Positions 30,234 through 40,017 are shown, counted from the stretch's first letter. The stretch: 64,000 nucleotides of DNA from Rhodothermales bacterium (GCA_965215475.1 OZ244061.1:3431282-3495281), one strand, 5' to 3'. A program made the numbers and translations. The notes: generated by a model not told the origin, from the sequence alone.

Positions 30234-30592
30234 ATGACATACGAAGAAAATCTTGAAGATGATCTCATCGCAAAACTGCGAGACCTTAAGTACAACTACC
30301 GCGAAGACATCCGTAATTTGGCCGCGCTTGAAGCAAATTTCAGACAAAAATTTGAAGAGCTCAACCGCGTCACGCTGACCGACAGTGAATTCAGTAGGCT
30401 CCGTAGCCAGATTGTAACACCTGATGTGTACAAGGCCTCGTATTCCCTCAGGAACAGGGAAACGTTTATCCGCGACGACGGAACGCCACTTAATTATACC
30501 CTTGTTAACATCAAGGACTGGTGCAAGAATACTTATGAGGTCGTCAATCAATTACGCATCAACACGAAACTACAGCTATCAAAAGTATGATG
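30234..30592 (+). pseudogene. hsdR: type I restriction enzyme R subunit, N-terminal about 120 codons only (frameshifted and truncated)
   Basis: HSDR_N-type N-terminus (EENLEDDLIAKLRDLKY.Y....I.....LEANFRQKFEELN...LTDSEF..L...RDDG....Y.LV...W..N.YEVVNQ). A 1-nt frameshift precedes ...YQKYDVI. The sequence then runs directly into an IS end at 30593. Confidence 0.7.
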
Positions 30593-30734
30593 TCATCAGC
30601 AATTCCCACTAACCGCTTAGACTTCAGTAGGTTTAGTATTTCAGGTACACTTCGTGCAAATCTGACATGTTTTGCTTGTTTTTGAGGAGCTATTCCTGCA
30701 CCCATCGGACGTTTTCTGATCCTTTTTTCGTATG
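30593..30734 (-). mobile_element. about 140-bp terminal fragment of the IS4-like element (same end as 38248..38390)
   Basis: Near-identical to 38248..38390 (TCATCAGCAATTCCCACTAACCGCTTAGACTTCAGTAGG...CCTTTTTTC). Homology ends where the ISL3 copy b sequence begins. Confidence 0.75.
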
Positions 30735-31749
30735 GATACTCTGGATCTGTTTACTTGGAGGTGTTTTATTCACGGCCGGGTTCCCCGCCTACACCCCCCT
30801 AAGGGTCCGAAGACGATTCGCATTCCTTGGGCGGATCCATCGAGTCGGGTCACCTATGCGTTTGAACGTTTTGCGATTGATCTCTTGAACGCAACCAAGA
30901 ACCAAACCAAAGCGTCGGGAATTCTTCGGTGCGGAATGAACCAAGTCCATCGCAGTATGCACCGTGCGGTGAAGCGCGGAGAGGCCCGCAGATCTCTGAC
31001 AAACGTTCGTTCTATCCGTATGGATGAAAAGGCCCTCAAGCGCGGACATCGGTACACAACGGTGGGGAGTGATTCGGATCTTGGAATCGTTCTTGATGTT
31101 GGACAAGGGCGCACCAAAAAGGCACGATCGACCTGTTGAAGGGCATTTTAGAGCGGATCGGGGATCAGGTATCGATCGATATTTGACTGGCGTTCATTGG
31201 AGCGGTACAGGAAGTCTTCCCCGAGGCCCTCTTGATTCACGATCGGTTTCATTTAATCCAGTATCTCCATCAAGCCATCCATCAAGTACGAAGGCGAGAG
31301 GTCAAAGATCATCCAGAACTCAAAGGGAGCCAGTACGCCCTGTTGAAGAATGAAAAAAATCGCACGCAAAAACAAGAAGAAATCTTCCAGGTGATCCAAG
31401 AAGCGAACCTCCATGTGAGTGTTGCTTGGCGATTCCGAGAAGACTTCAAAGCCATCTTTGAATGCGCATCGTTCCAGGAAGCGAAAGAGTATCTCAACTT
31501 ATGGCTTGACGAGGTGCAAGAGACGGGGATTCAGGAAGTCATCAACATTGCAGATCTGTTTAAGAATCACTTTGATGGAGTTTGCAACGCACTATGGAAC
31601 CGACCGTCCAATGCAAAAGCAGAACGGATGAACGGAAACATTCAAGAAATCAAAACCATTGGGAGAGGATACAGAAGATTTGAAAACTTCCGCGTTGCGA
31701 TTCCAGTACGGAGGTTTAGACCTGCATCCACACATATCGTGATAGAACC
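30735..31749 (+). mobile_element. ISL3-family element, 5'-truncated and frameshifted (copy b)
   Basis: ORFs 30732..31139 and 31232..31804 are homologous to the intact transposase. Nucleotide identity to copy a is high. The right IR ...GTGATAGAACC ends at 31749. Confidence 0.8.
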
Positions 31750-31863
31750 TAATGTATTAGATCTATTCCATCTATGCAGACTTGGCTTTTGGGAAACTAT
31801 GTGATGCACCATACTTCTCAATAAGAACCCTAATATTATCCTCTCCGAGATACAGATACAAAA

Positions 31864-33984
31864 TCACCGGACGCGCGTAAAATGACCCACATGGACGGAT
31901 GGATTACCAGGGGACTGAACGGTCACACGATATAGATAGAGGCCCGCGGAAAGATGAGATCCATCCAGCGCAATCTTCTGTTCCCAGCCGGCATTCATAT
32001 TCACTGATGGTACCACCATCACGCGCCGCCCCATGACGTCCATGACCTCCACCTGTATGTGTGCAGGCTGAGGAAGATCCATCACTAGATATGTTGTATG
32101 TTGGAATGGGTTCGGATAGTTGGTTCGTAGCATGAACTGCTCTGGCAGGGCTTCGTGCTCCGTAGCAACCGAAGAATAAACTTCGATACTAAACTTCAAG
32201 CTATCCTGAGTATCATTCACATCCGTGGCCTTGTACGTCATCTGTACGGGAGGAGTGATTTGCGTCGGAGTTCCGCTGATGGTCCGGATAGAGGAATCGT
32301 AACTGAGCCCAAGAGGAAGATCAAAAAGGGTGAGGGTATATTCTATCGGAGGAGCACCCCCCGCCACCTCCGGTAACCTTAGTGGGGAAATCAGGAGCCC
32401 GACAGGATACAACTGATCGCTCACTTCACGAGAAAACGATACCACGCTACATCTATCCCCATGCACAGTTTCAATCGTGCCCAACCAGTCTTGAAATTCT
32501 GGATCCGAAGGGGAACACAAACCTGAATCTGAATCAAATCGTAGAGTACCAAGATTTTTGAGTTGCACAAAACTTCTAGGTAATGCGCCTATAAACTTGT
32601 TCAATCGAAGATTAAGAAACTCCAGATTGCTGAGATTTCCAAGCTCAGACGGAATTTGTCCAGTCAGTTGATTCATCGCAAGACCGAGCCTTAATAGGTT
32701 TCTCAGATTCCCAAGTTTGGAGGGAATCGTTCCGGTCAGGTTATTTCTCGCCAAAATTAGTGATTGCAAATTCCTGAGGTTGCCGAGTTCCGTCGGAATT
32801 GGACCGGTCAGGTCATTCTCAAATAAATTAAGGGATTCCAGGTTGACCAACTTCCCGAGTTCGGAAGGGATGGGGCCAGTCAGATTCCCAGTTAGATTCA
32901 GGTGTTGCAGATTGACCAAATTCCCGAGCTCCGGTGGAATGGGGCCGATCAGGTCATTCCCGGTTAAAAAAAGGGATTGCAGATTGATCAAATTCCCGAG
33001 TTCCGGCGGAAGTCCCTCCGGAAACGAGATGTCTAGAAAAGAAAGCTCCTCCAGGGGGATCTTTCCCAGTAAAATAATATCCGCCCGCGTCAAGGGCATA
33101 CCAAACACCCGCAGTTTTTTCAACTGGCTCAGATTGGCGAGTTCTGGCGGAATGGAGCCCGTTATCTGAGTCCAGCCAATACCCAGATCCGATAAGTTGG
33201 AAAGATTGTCGATTTCCGGGGGAATCGGGCCCGTTAATGGATTGCTGTGCAGAGATAGAACATCCAACTGCTCCATCGTAGTAAGTTCAACCGGAAACGT
33301 GCCGGTCAGTTGATTATCGTGTAGTGCCAGAATTGTCAACTGTTGGAGATTCGCCATTTCTGGGGGAATCGGGCCACTTAGTTCATTTCGACCCAGATAC
33401 AATGTGCCCAATTGATCCAGCGTGGTGAGCTCCAGGGGAATGGGACCACTCAACTGATTGTTCGCCAAGCCCAGAAAGGTGAGATTTTTCAGCTGACCCA
33501 CCTCCGGGGGAATCCTCCCACTCAACTGATTGTCATGTAAAATTAAGTGTGTCAGATTTTTCAGCTGACCCACCTCCGGGGGAATCCTCCCAGTCAACTG
33601 ATTGTCATGTAAAATTAAGTGTGTCAACTCTTCCAGATCACCAAGTTCAGGGGGCAACGATCCCGTCAGGTTGTTGTCCGGAAGAATGATTTGAGTCAAC
33701 ACTTCATTCTCAAAGGTGAGCCCGCACCACGAATACAGATCGAAAATACTCCCCGGCTCCTTCGTGATGTCCCACTCCGAGTTTGTAGGACAAAGCTCGT
33801 AACTCCAGTCACCCCCGTTGGTGGCTTCATAAAAGATTTTCAGCGTTTCAAATAGAGACTCTAAACCGGTATCGCTGGTATGGAGCTCAGATACGCCTTG
33901 CGCATGTATCCCCGAACGTTCCTCTGAAAAATGAGGCGTTTTCGTGTCGGGAAGCAGAGATGCAAACAAAAAGAGGACAATCAT
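31864..33984 (-). CDS. secreted plant-type (PS) leucine-rich-repeat protein with an Ig-like domain and a T9SS type-A C-terminal sorting domain
   Basis: The start is ATG 33984 (MIVLFLFASLL); the 16 upstream codons of the track ORF are IS sequence. It has an LRRNT-like cap (..SWCGLTF), about 18 repeats of 24 residues (LxxLxLxxNxLtGxIPxELGxL), a cadherin/He_PIG-like segment (LSYDSSIRTISGTPT) and a C-terminus NYPNPFQHTTYL...GLYLYRV. Confidence 0.85.
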   Translation of the reverse strand: MIVLFLFASLLPDTKTPHFSEERSGIHAQGVSELHTSDTGLESLFETLKIFYEATNGGDWSYELCPTNSEWDITKEPGSIFDLYSWCGLTFENEVLTQIILPDNNLTGSLPPELGDLEELTHLILHDNQLTGRIPPEVGQLKNLTHLILHDNQLSGRIPPEVGQLKNLTFLGLANNQLSGPIPLELTTLDQLGTLYLGRNELSGPIPPEMANLQQLTILALHDNQLTGTFPVELTTMEQLDVLSLHSNPLTGPIPPEIDNLSNLSDLGIGWTQITGSIPPELANLSQLKKLRVFGMPLTRADIILLGKIPLEELSFLDISFPEGLPPELGNLINLQSLFLTGNDLIGPIPPELGNLVNLQHLNLTGNLTGPIPSELGKLVNLESLNLFENDLTGPIPTELGNLRNLQSLILARNNLTGTIPSKLGNLRNLLRLGLAMNQLTGQIPSELGNLSNLEFLNLRLNKFIGALPRSFVQLKNLGTLRFDSDSGLCSPSDPEFQDWLGTIETVHGDRCSVVSFSREVSDQLYPVGLLISPLRLPEVAGGAPPIEYTLTLFDLPLGLSYDSSIRTISGTPTQITPPVQMTYKATDVNDTQDSLKFSIEVYSSVATEHEALPEQFMLRTNYPNPFQHTTYLVMDLPQPAHIQVEVMDVMGRRVMVVPSVNMNAGWEQKIALDGSHLSAGLYLYRVTVQSPGNPSVHVGHFTRVR
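33482..33625 (-). repeat. two tandem 72-nt units differing at one base (71/72), inside the LRR gene
   Basis: Units 33482..33553 and 33554..33625 differ by a single base. They encode two consecutive RIPPEVGQLKNLTHLILHDNQL(S/T)G repeats. Confidence 0.85.
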
Positions 33985-33988
33985 AAAC

Positions 33989-35271
33989 GGTTCTATCACG
34001 AATCGTGTGGATAGAGATCCAGACCGCCACAAAAGAAGAGAATAGCAACTCTGAAATTTTCAAAGGTTCTATATCCTCTACCCATGGTTTTGATCTCTTG
34101 AATTTTTCCATTAATCCTCTCTGCTTTTGCATTGGACTGACGGTTCCATAATGCGTTGCAGACGCCATCAAAGTGATTCTTACACATGTCTGCAACTTTC
34201 ATGACTTCTTTGACACCAGCCTCGTTCACCTCGTCAAGCCATAAGTTGAGATACGCGTTCGCTTCTTTTAACGATGCACATTCAAAGATGGCTTTGAAAT
34301 CTTCCCGCAACCGCCAAGCGACACTCACATTGAGGTTGGATTCCTTCACCACTTGGAAGATGTCTTCCTGTTTTTCCGTACGATTGTTTTCATTTTTCAA
34401 CAGTGCATATCGGCTCCCTTTGAGTTCTGGATGCTGTTTGACCTCCCGCCTTCTTACTTGATTGATGGCTTGATTGAGATACTGGATTAAATGAAACCGA
34501 TCGTGAATCATGAGGGCATGGGGGAACACCTTTGCAACCGCTCCAATGAAGGCCTTCCACATATCCGTAGATATCGTCTCTATCTGATCCTTGATTTGCC
34601 CTAAAAGGCATTCTAAGAGTTCTATCGTGCCTTTTTTCGTCCGTCCCGGTCCAACATCAATGACCACTCCACGATCCGAATCACTCACAATCGTTGCATA
34701 GGTCTGTCCGCGCTTGAGGGCCTTTTCATCAATCCTGATATGGTGAATTCCTGCCAGAGATCTGCGTGACTCTCCGCGTTCAACAGCACGGTGCATAATA
34801 CGATGGAGCTGGTTAAATCCGCACCGAAGAAGATCTGCTGTTTTGGTCTGATTCTTAGTTGCTTTCAGCAGACGAATGGCAAAACATTCAAACGCATAGG
34901 TGACTCGACTGGATGGAGCCGCCCAAGGAATGATGATCGTCTTCGGACCATTAGGAGTCAGTACACGGGGAATCCTACAGTGAAGAAAACACTTGAAATG
35001 AAAGAGATCCAGGTGGCGCCATTGACGCTTCTTGCGATGGTCATACAAGGTACCAGACTCACCCGTATCTGGGCATACAAGATCCTTCCCCGAATGAGAA
35101 ATATAAAGATCCACTCGCCCCTTCTTCACATTGGTTTCCACATGATCAATACTCCAGCAAGAATCTAAATCTAACCACTGATGCATTGAATTTTTTAAAT
35201 AAGTATCAAGCATGAAAAATAATTTTGGTGAAACCAAAATTAATCAATTCCATACAAATGGTGATAGAACC
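33989..35271 (-). mobile_element. intact ISL3-family insertion sequence (copy c), 1283 bp, with an 8-bp target duplication
   Basis: Terminal IRs GGTTCTATCAC (33989..) and GTGATAGAACC (..35271). A perfect direct repeat TCATAAAC flanks it at 33981..33988 and 35272..35279. Confidence 0.9.
33996..35237 (-). CDS. ISL3-family transposase
   Basis: 413 aa with an N-terminal zinc-finger-like region (CPDTGESGTLYDHRKKRQWRHLDLF..C) and a DDE_Tnp_ISL3-like C-terminus (IHDRFHLIQYLNQA...NAKAERINGKIQ). Confidence 0.85.
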   Translation of the reverse strand: MVSPKLFFMLDTYLKNSMHQWLDLDSCWSIDHVETNVKKGRVDLYISHSGKDLVCPDTGESGTLYDHRKKRQWRHLDLFHFKCFLHCRIPRVLTPNGPKTIIIPWAAPSSRVTYAFECFAIRLLKATKNQTKTADLLRCGFNQLHRIMHRAVERGESRRSLAGIHHIRIDEKALKRGQTYATIVSDSDRGVVIDVGPGRTKKGTIELLECLLGQIKDQIETISTDMWKAFIGAVAKVFPHALMIHDRFHLIQYLNQAINQVRRREVKQHPELKGSRYALLKNENNRTEKQEDIFQVVKESNLNVSVAWRLREDFKAIFECASLKEANAYLNLWLDEVNEAGVKEVMKVADMCKNHFDGVCNALWNRQSNAKAERINGKIQEIKTMGRGYRTFENFRVAILFFCGGLDLYPHDS

Positions 35272-35374
35272 TCATAAACATGTTCAGCGTTGGAAATAAG
35301 TGACAAAAATAGGGTATCGGGGTTGTCCGAAAATTAGTTGATGTTCGGAATTCTTATCCGGTTAGAGATAGACT

Positions 35375-36683
35375 TCATACCCTCTTTATGTACAGATTCT
35401 GTTGAATCCACAGGGGGATCTTGTGTTCATTTTGCCTGTGTTTGGGTGGATCCTCCATGGATGGCACCCACTCCAGAAGTGCTTTCTGCAGCGTTGGCAG
35501 ATGACTGGATCCAGCAATGGGCTTGAAGTTTTGCTCGCTCTTGATGATGGACATGGCAATCCATCGGTGATACTGACTTGAGTTCACCCATCGCTTGAGG
35601 TTCGCTTCAAGATCGCTATTGATGCTCTCAATGATATTGGTCGTCTGGAAACTTCTGCCCAGTTGCTCCACCACACCGAGTTTCTGAAGCGTCAGGGTCT
35701 CTTCCAAGCCTTCCCGCAGGCTATTGGCAGCCATGCCTTCCCCTTCTTTGTCCAGCGTATCACAGAGGGCATCCAACTTCTGCTTTGCTTCGTCATATTC
35801 TGTGGTCTTGTACGCATCATTGAGTTTTGACTTGATCCGTTGTTTTGACGCCTGCCTCACTTTCCCGAGCACGTTCTCCCGTTTGTGCCAGGTACAGCTG
35901 AGCGTACTCCCCAAAGACATCCTCTACCGCTTTACGAAGCCCTTTGGCTCCATCAATGCAGACCAGCAGTCCCTTCTCATAACGCAAGCCGCGTTCAATC
36001 AGATTCAGCAATACCCCCTCAACGTTCTCCGTCGTCGCCTCTACGAATCCCAGAACGCACTTCTGCCCCTCTTCGGTAATGCCCACACAGTGCAAGGTCT
36101 GGCGTTCACGCATATACTTGCCGTCAATCATGAGAGCCACATACGTTTCGGATCCGATCTGGCGCCGTTCACACGCTTCCAACTCCCGCGTACTTTGCTC
36201 AATAAATGCCTCACTGACCGATGATTTGAAGGGAGCAATGCCATTAATGAAGGCACTGACCACTTTGCGATAATTGCGCTGCGTGAGTCCATAGAAGACC
36301 TGATTGCTCAAATGCACTTGTTGCTTCGGTGGCAGTTTACGCAACTTCTGATAGCGTTGGAGAGGAACCTCTTTCTTGGTCACCCTATCGCGGACACGGG
36401 GGACTCGGATCGGTAGTCGTTCCCCTTGAATCTTGATGGAGCCTGGGTTGGACCCCCACCGTTGATAACGCCCCTCATGCACATCATCATGCTTTGCGTG
36501 GGCTCCACATAAATGCTTCACTTCATTGTCAATTAACAGCAGTGCAAGGATCTCTTGGGCCATCGTGACATAATCATCCACTAACTTCCCTGCGCTGACA
36601 TCATCTTGAAGCTCTTCTTCAAAGAGCTCCATAAAGCCGTTGTCTCGTTCGGGGAGACCTTCTCGGTACGTTATTTTCATCAA
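35375..36683 (-). pseudogene. IS256-family (Mutator-type) transposase with a frameshift near 35900
   Basis: ORF 35817..36683 (...ALMIDGKY...VCIDGAKGLRKAVEDVFGE) continues in another frame as ORF 35375..35920 (CTWHKRENV...TTNIIESINS). Confidence 0.8.
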
Positions 36684-36752
36684 GGGGTCAATAAAAGGTT
36701 AAAAAAGTAACATTAAACGACAGAACCTATGGGTTTTTGTCGTTCTTCCTGG

Positions 36753-37793
36753 TCAACGTCTGGGATACTTCATCATGGAGAAGGAAACAGAGACGTTTGC
36801 ATGTCGAAAAAATACGAAGCATGAGCGAGTCGATACATCTGTGATTCCCGTTCCAGGAGCAACAGTGCAAGTTGTGCACGACGCGACTGGGGAGCAAGCC
36901 AATGGCGGATGCTGATTCACATACTGCGCGGTATGGGTAACACAGGAGGTTGTGCGCAGACTGCGACTCAATTGCTCATACAGTCCGGTCTGGTGCAAGG
37001 TCAGACATAGATCCAGATCCTTGAATAGACGCTGAGACGCTGAACGATTCCATCGCAGGAGGCGGTCATGAATCTGTAAGAGTGCCTCCCGTGCCTGTTT
37101 GGCATCAGGAAGGGAGAAGGCACGGTTGATCTGCCCCCGCATCTGGGTTTGTTGCTCCTCGGTGAGAACACTTACGATCCGTTCACGCTTGTGCAGATGG
37201 CAATGCTGCAGGCGAATGTGCTCACCACCCAGGTCCATTAACACCTGATCGAGAGGGACGGTGACGGGGGTGATACAAAGCAGTCCATCGTCAAGCGATA
37301 ATCCACGATGGAGAAACGACGCAAACAGATGCTTTACGCGAGCGATATTCTGTGCGGAGGCCTGCTCAAATCCTAACATACGCCGATCTCCTTCCAAAGT
37401 AGAGCCTATGCACAGCAAAAAGGGTGCACCCCAGACGCGAAGTACATCCATCCACAACACGGCATAGGTCTCCTCGTCAAGACGGCGGTGATCAAAGACG
37501 TCCAATGCCTCCATACGAACTTGATGGAGATCGGCCTCATCCCCATATTCGGGGAAACGGGGCGACGACAAAGGCAAAGGCGCTACCGATGTCTCTTCTT
37601 CTGGATCTGCATGACTGGGTTCTTGAGCAGATTCATTCGTAGTGTCAAGAACAGTGGGCACGCCCAGATCGTGTGTGAGGTGCTGGATCAAGTCACTGCA
37701 TTGGCGTAACAGAGACACGCGCAACTGTTGACCAGAGACCCCAGCTTCTTCCAAGGTCTGCTGTAACTGTCCAAAATCTTCAGGTAATAGCAT
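36753..37793 (-). CDS. divergent IS256-like transposase paralog, DDE residues apparently degenerate
   Basis: 346 aa that aligns by eye with the neighbour (WMDVLR / LGFEQASAQN / CHLHKRERI / LRTTSC). It reads ITPVT where the second Asp is expected, and TTSCVTHTA where TTNxIESxN is expected. Confidence 0.55.
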   Translation of the reverse strand: MLLPEDFGQLQQTLEEAGVSGQQLRVSLLRQCSDLIQHLTHDLGVPTVLDTTNESAQEPSHADPEEETSVAPLPLSSPRFPEYGDEADLHQVRMEALDVFDHRRLDEETYAVLWMDVLRVWGAPFLLCIGSTLEGDRRMLGFEQASAQNIARVKHLFASFLHRGLSLDDGLLCITPVTVPLDQVLMDLGGEHIRLQHCHLHKRERIVSVLTEEQQTQMRGQINRAFSLPDAKQAREALLQIHDRLLRWNRSASQRLFKDLDLCLTLHQTGLYEQLSRSLRTTSCVTHTAQYVNQHPPLACSPVASCTTCTVAPGTGITDVSTRSCFVFFRHANVSVSFSMMKYPRR

Positions 37794-37930
37794 GGGTTAA
37801 TGTTCATAGGATGGATGGGAAAAGGAGACAATAGACGGCTCCCATAGTATGGAACATCAACTAATTTTCGGACAACCCCTGGGTATCTGACCGAATTGCA
37901 TACGACCTCAATCATACAGGTTTTATGGAA

Positions 37931-38163
37931 TGATCAGGTGCTCCCACTAACTCAGTTTCATTTGTTAAGTTAAGGTTTGCATAGTGATTTTCTACAAAGT
38001 GTCTGCTTCATGGATGTTCGGCAACTGGGAAGTACATTTTGACGTTGCAATCATGATCCTATTACAATGAATTTGAACCGAACGGGAGATAAAAATCTGC
38101 GAAAATACCCACAAAAATCGCTCAGAATAAACAGTTTTTGGACTTAGTGAGAATTGCTGTGGA
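37931..38163. mobile_element. about 230-bp MITE derived from the IS4-like element
   Basis: The ends TGATCAGGTGCTCCCACTAAC and TTAGTGAGAATTGCTGTGGA resemble the IS4-like IRs at 38248 and 40017. GGAATGAT is present at both junctions (37927..37934 and 38161..38168). No ORF. Confidence 0.55.
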
Positions 38164-38247
38164 ATGATGACCATCAATTAATCTTGATGTGGATACATGA
38201 AAAGACTCCCGAACGAGGGATGAAAAAAGGACTAGAAGGTTGTAGAT

Positions 38248-40017
38248 TCATCAGCAATTCCCACTAACCGCTTAGACTTCAGTAGGTTTAGTATTTCAGG
38301 TACACTTCGTGCAAATCTGACATGTTTTGCTTGTTTTTGAGGATCCATTCCTGCATCCATCGGACGTTTTCTGATCCTTTTTTCTGTATGTTCTGACAAC
38401 TGGACACACCACGCCCAGCCCCTCCTACCATCAGGGGGGCACGTTCTCCTCCCACGACCCTGGTTTTCCGCTACGAGGAATCAATTTCTACAGTGACCCT
38501 GAATCCCCGGTAGAGAAACTCCCAACTCTCTAAAACAACCTCCCGGAACAGGCTTCGTACTCGCTTCCTCAAGTACTTGAGTCGTCCCATACTCTCCAGT
38601 GCATCCTGAAAGAACACATCAAAGGCTTGTTCCATTTGATCCGCTAAAAAGGCAAGCATCATCAGACAAGAAAACACCGTGGACATATGCTTCTATCCGT
38701 GTCCATCATTATGCTCAAAATGATAGTCCTGATTCTTGAGGGCATGGATCGTTTCATGTTCAATGTTCCATCGGGACCGACCCGCTCGCATGATCGCCAT
38801 GAGATTCGTCTCATCAAGGAGTAGATCGGTCACCCAAGAAAAGCGTAACGTTTTGGGCTTGGAATGCTTCTTGGTGCCCGGTCTGGTTTCATACACCTCT
38901 AAAACATGAACCCGAACCTCTGCATGGGATGCGTTGGCGTGGTTGTGAAACCGAAAACGATACCGAATTCCTTGCACCTCCATCACCACCTCTTGGGTCT
39001 CGTCACTGCAATCCATAAAGGTAAACAGGAACGTGTGATCTCCCGGCTTCGCTCCGATGATATATCGTAGATCATGCTCTGCTAAAAGCCGAAGATAAGG
39101 AGCGTTGGAAACGAGTCCATCCTGGAGCACAACCGTCTTCAAATGGGGGTGTTCTCGCCATCCAAGAACCGCTTACATGCATTGCGTTCAGAATCGTTTT
39201 TTATAGATCCATCGTTTTTGACGATCGGCTCGGGCATCAGAGGAATTACGATTTTGGGGAACCAATGCAGCACAGAGCAGGTGATGAAAGTAGGTGATCG
39301 TTCCATTGCGATGATGCGTCTCACAGCACTGCGAGCAGTGGACCGACGTGGAGGAAAACATGCCGGTTCCGTCTATGGCAAGCAGTACGTGATTGTCGAT
39401 AGACCGAACCCCCTCCAGAATCTTCCCCCGTTGCAACTGGGCAAAGATGGTTTTGAGGGCACCACGCAAATCAAACGGATCCACTTCATCAAGACGCTTG
39501 CGCATCGCTGGGCACACGGTTCACCCCAAAGAGACGCTTCCTATTGGACAGGATCGAAGGGGGGTATTCCGAATCTTTTGATCAAAGTCAAGTAACGAGG
39601 AGCACTTCAAATGCGCAAACCCCGACATCAGGGAATCCAAGAGCGTACATCCCCTTGAAGGTTTTGGATCTGCAATCAGTTCAAAACAGCTGCGGACCGT
39701 GTGAATCAAATGTTTCTTGTTGAACTGTTTACGTACCTTCCGTTTCATAGGTCAGATAAAGGAGTCAAAAGAGGGAACCCGTCAAAACTCAAAGACACAA
39801 AAGAACCACAAAACCATCCATGCACTTGGCGATACTCCGCAAAAAACCTTCCCTGAAATGCGTATGTTATCTGTATGGATGGGCCGAGCCGTAAAAGGGC
39901 CCAAAAAGGACTCATCTGGCGAAAATTTAGCAAAATAGTTTACGAAATCACTTCTGAGAATATGCGCCGTGGGGATACCAAGAAGGAAGTTTTTGACGTA
40001 GTGGGAATTGCTTTTGA
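38248..40017 (-). mobile_element. IS4-superfamily (DDE_Tnp_1-type) insertion sequence, transposase broken into at least 4 frames
   Basis: IRs TCATCAGCAATTCCCACTA (38248..) and TAGTGGGAATTGCTTTTGA (..40017). ORF pieces 39521..39748, 39188..39517, 38693..39142 and 38471..38686 together read like one DDE transposase (LAIDGTGMF; RSRWNIEHETIHALKNQ). Confidence 0.7.

Larger units (their letters stand above)
35319..37879 (-). mobile_element. 2.56-kb IS256-like element carrying two transposase-related ORFs
   Basis: Perfect 28-bp terminal IRs: GGGGTTGTCCGAAAATTAGTTGATGTTC at 35319..35346 and its complement at 37852..37879. It is flanked by 8-bp direct repeats AGGGTATC (35311..35318) and TGGGTATC (37880..37887). 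Confidence 0.8.

Noticed and set aside
30153-30551. A 132-aa ORF antisense to the hsdR stump.
   Set aside because: The sense strand carries a clear HsdR N-terminal domain, so the antisense ORF is a shadow frame.
32580-33700. Strongly periodic 72-nt DNA repeats that could be mistaken for a CRISPR-like or satellite array.
   Set aside because: The periodicity is 24 codons, lies in frame within a long ORF and encodes canonical LRR units. There are no spacer-like unique segments, so this is a coding repeat.
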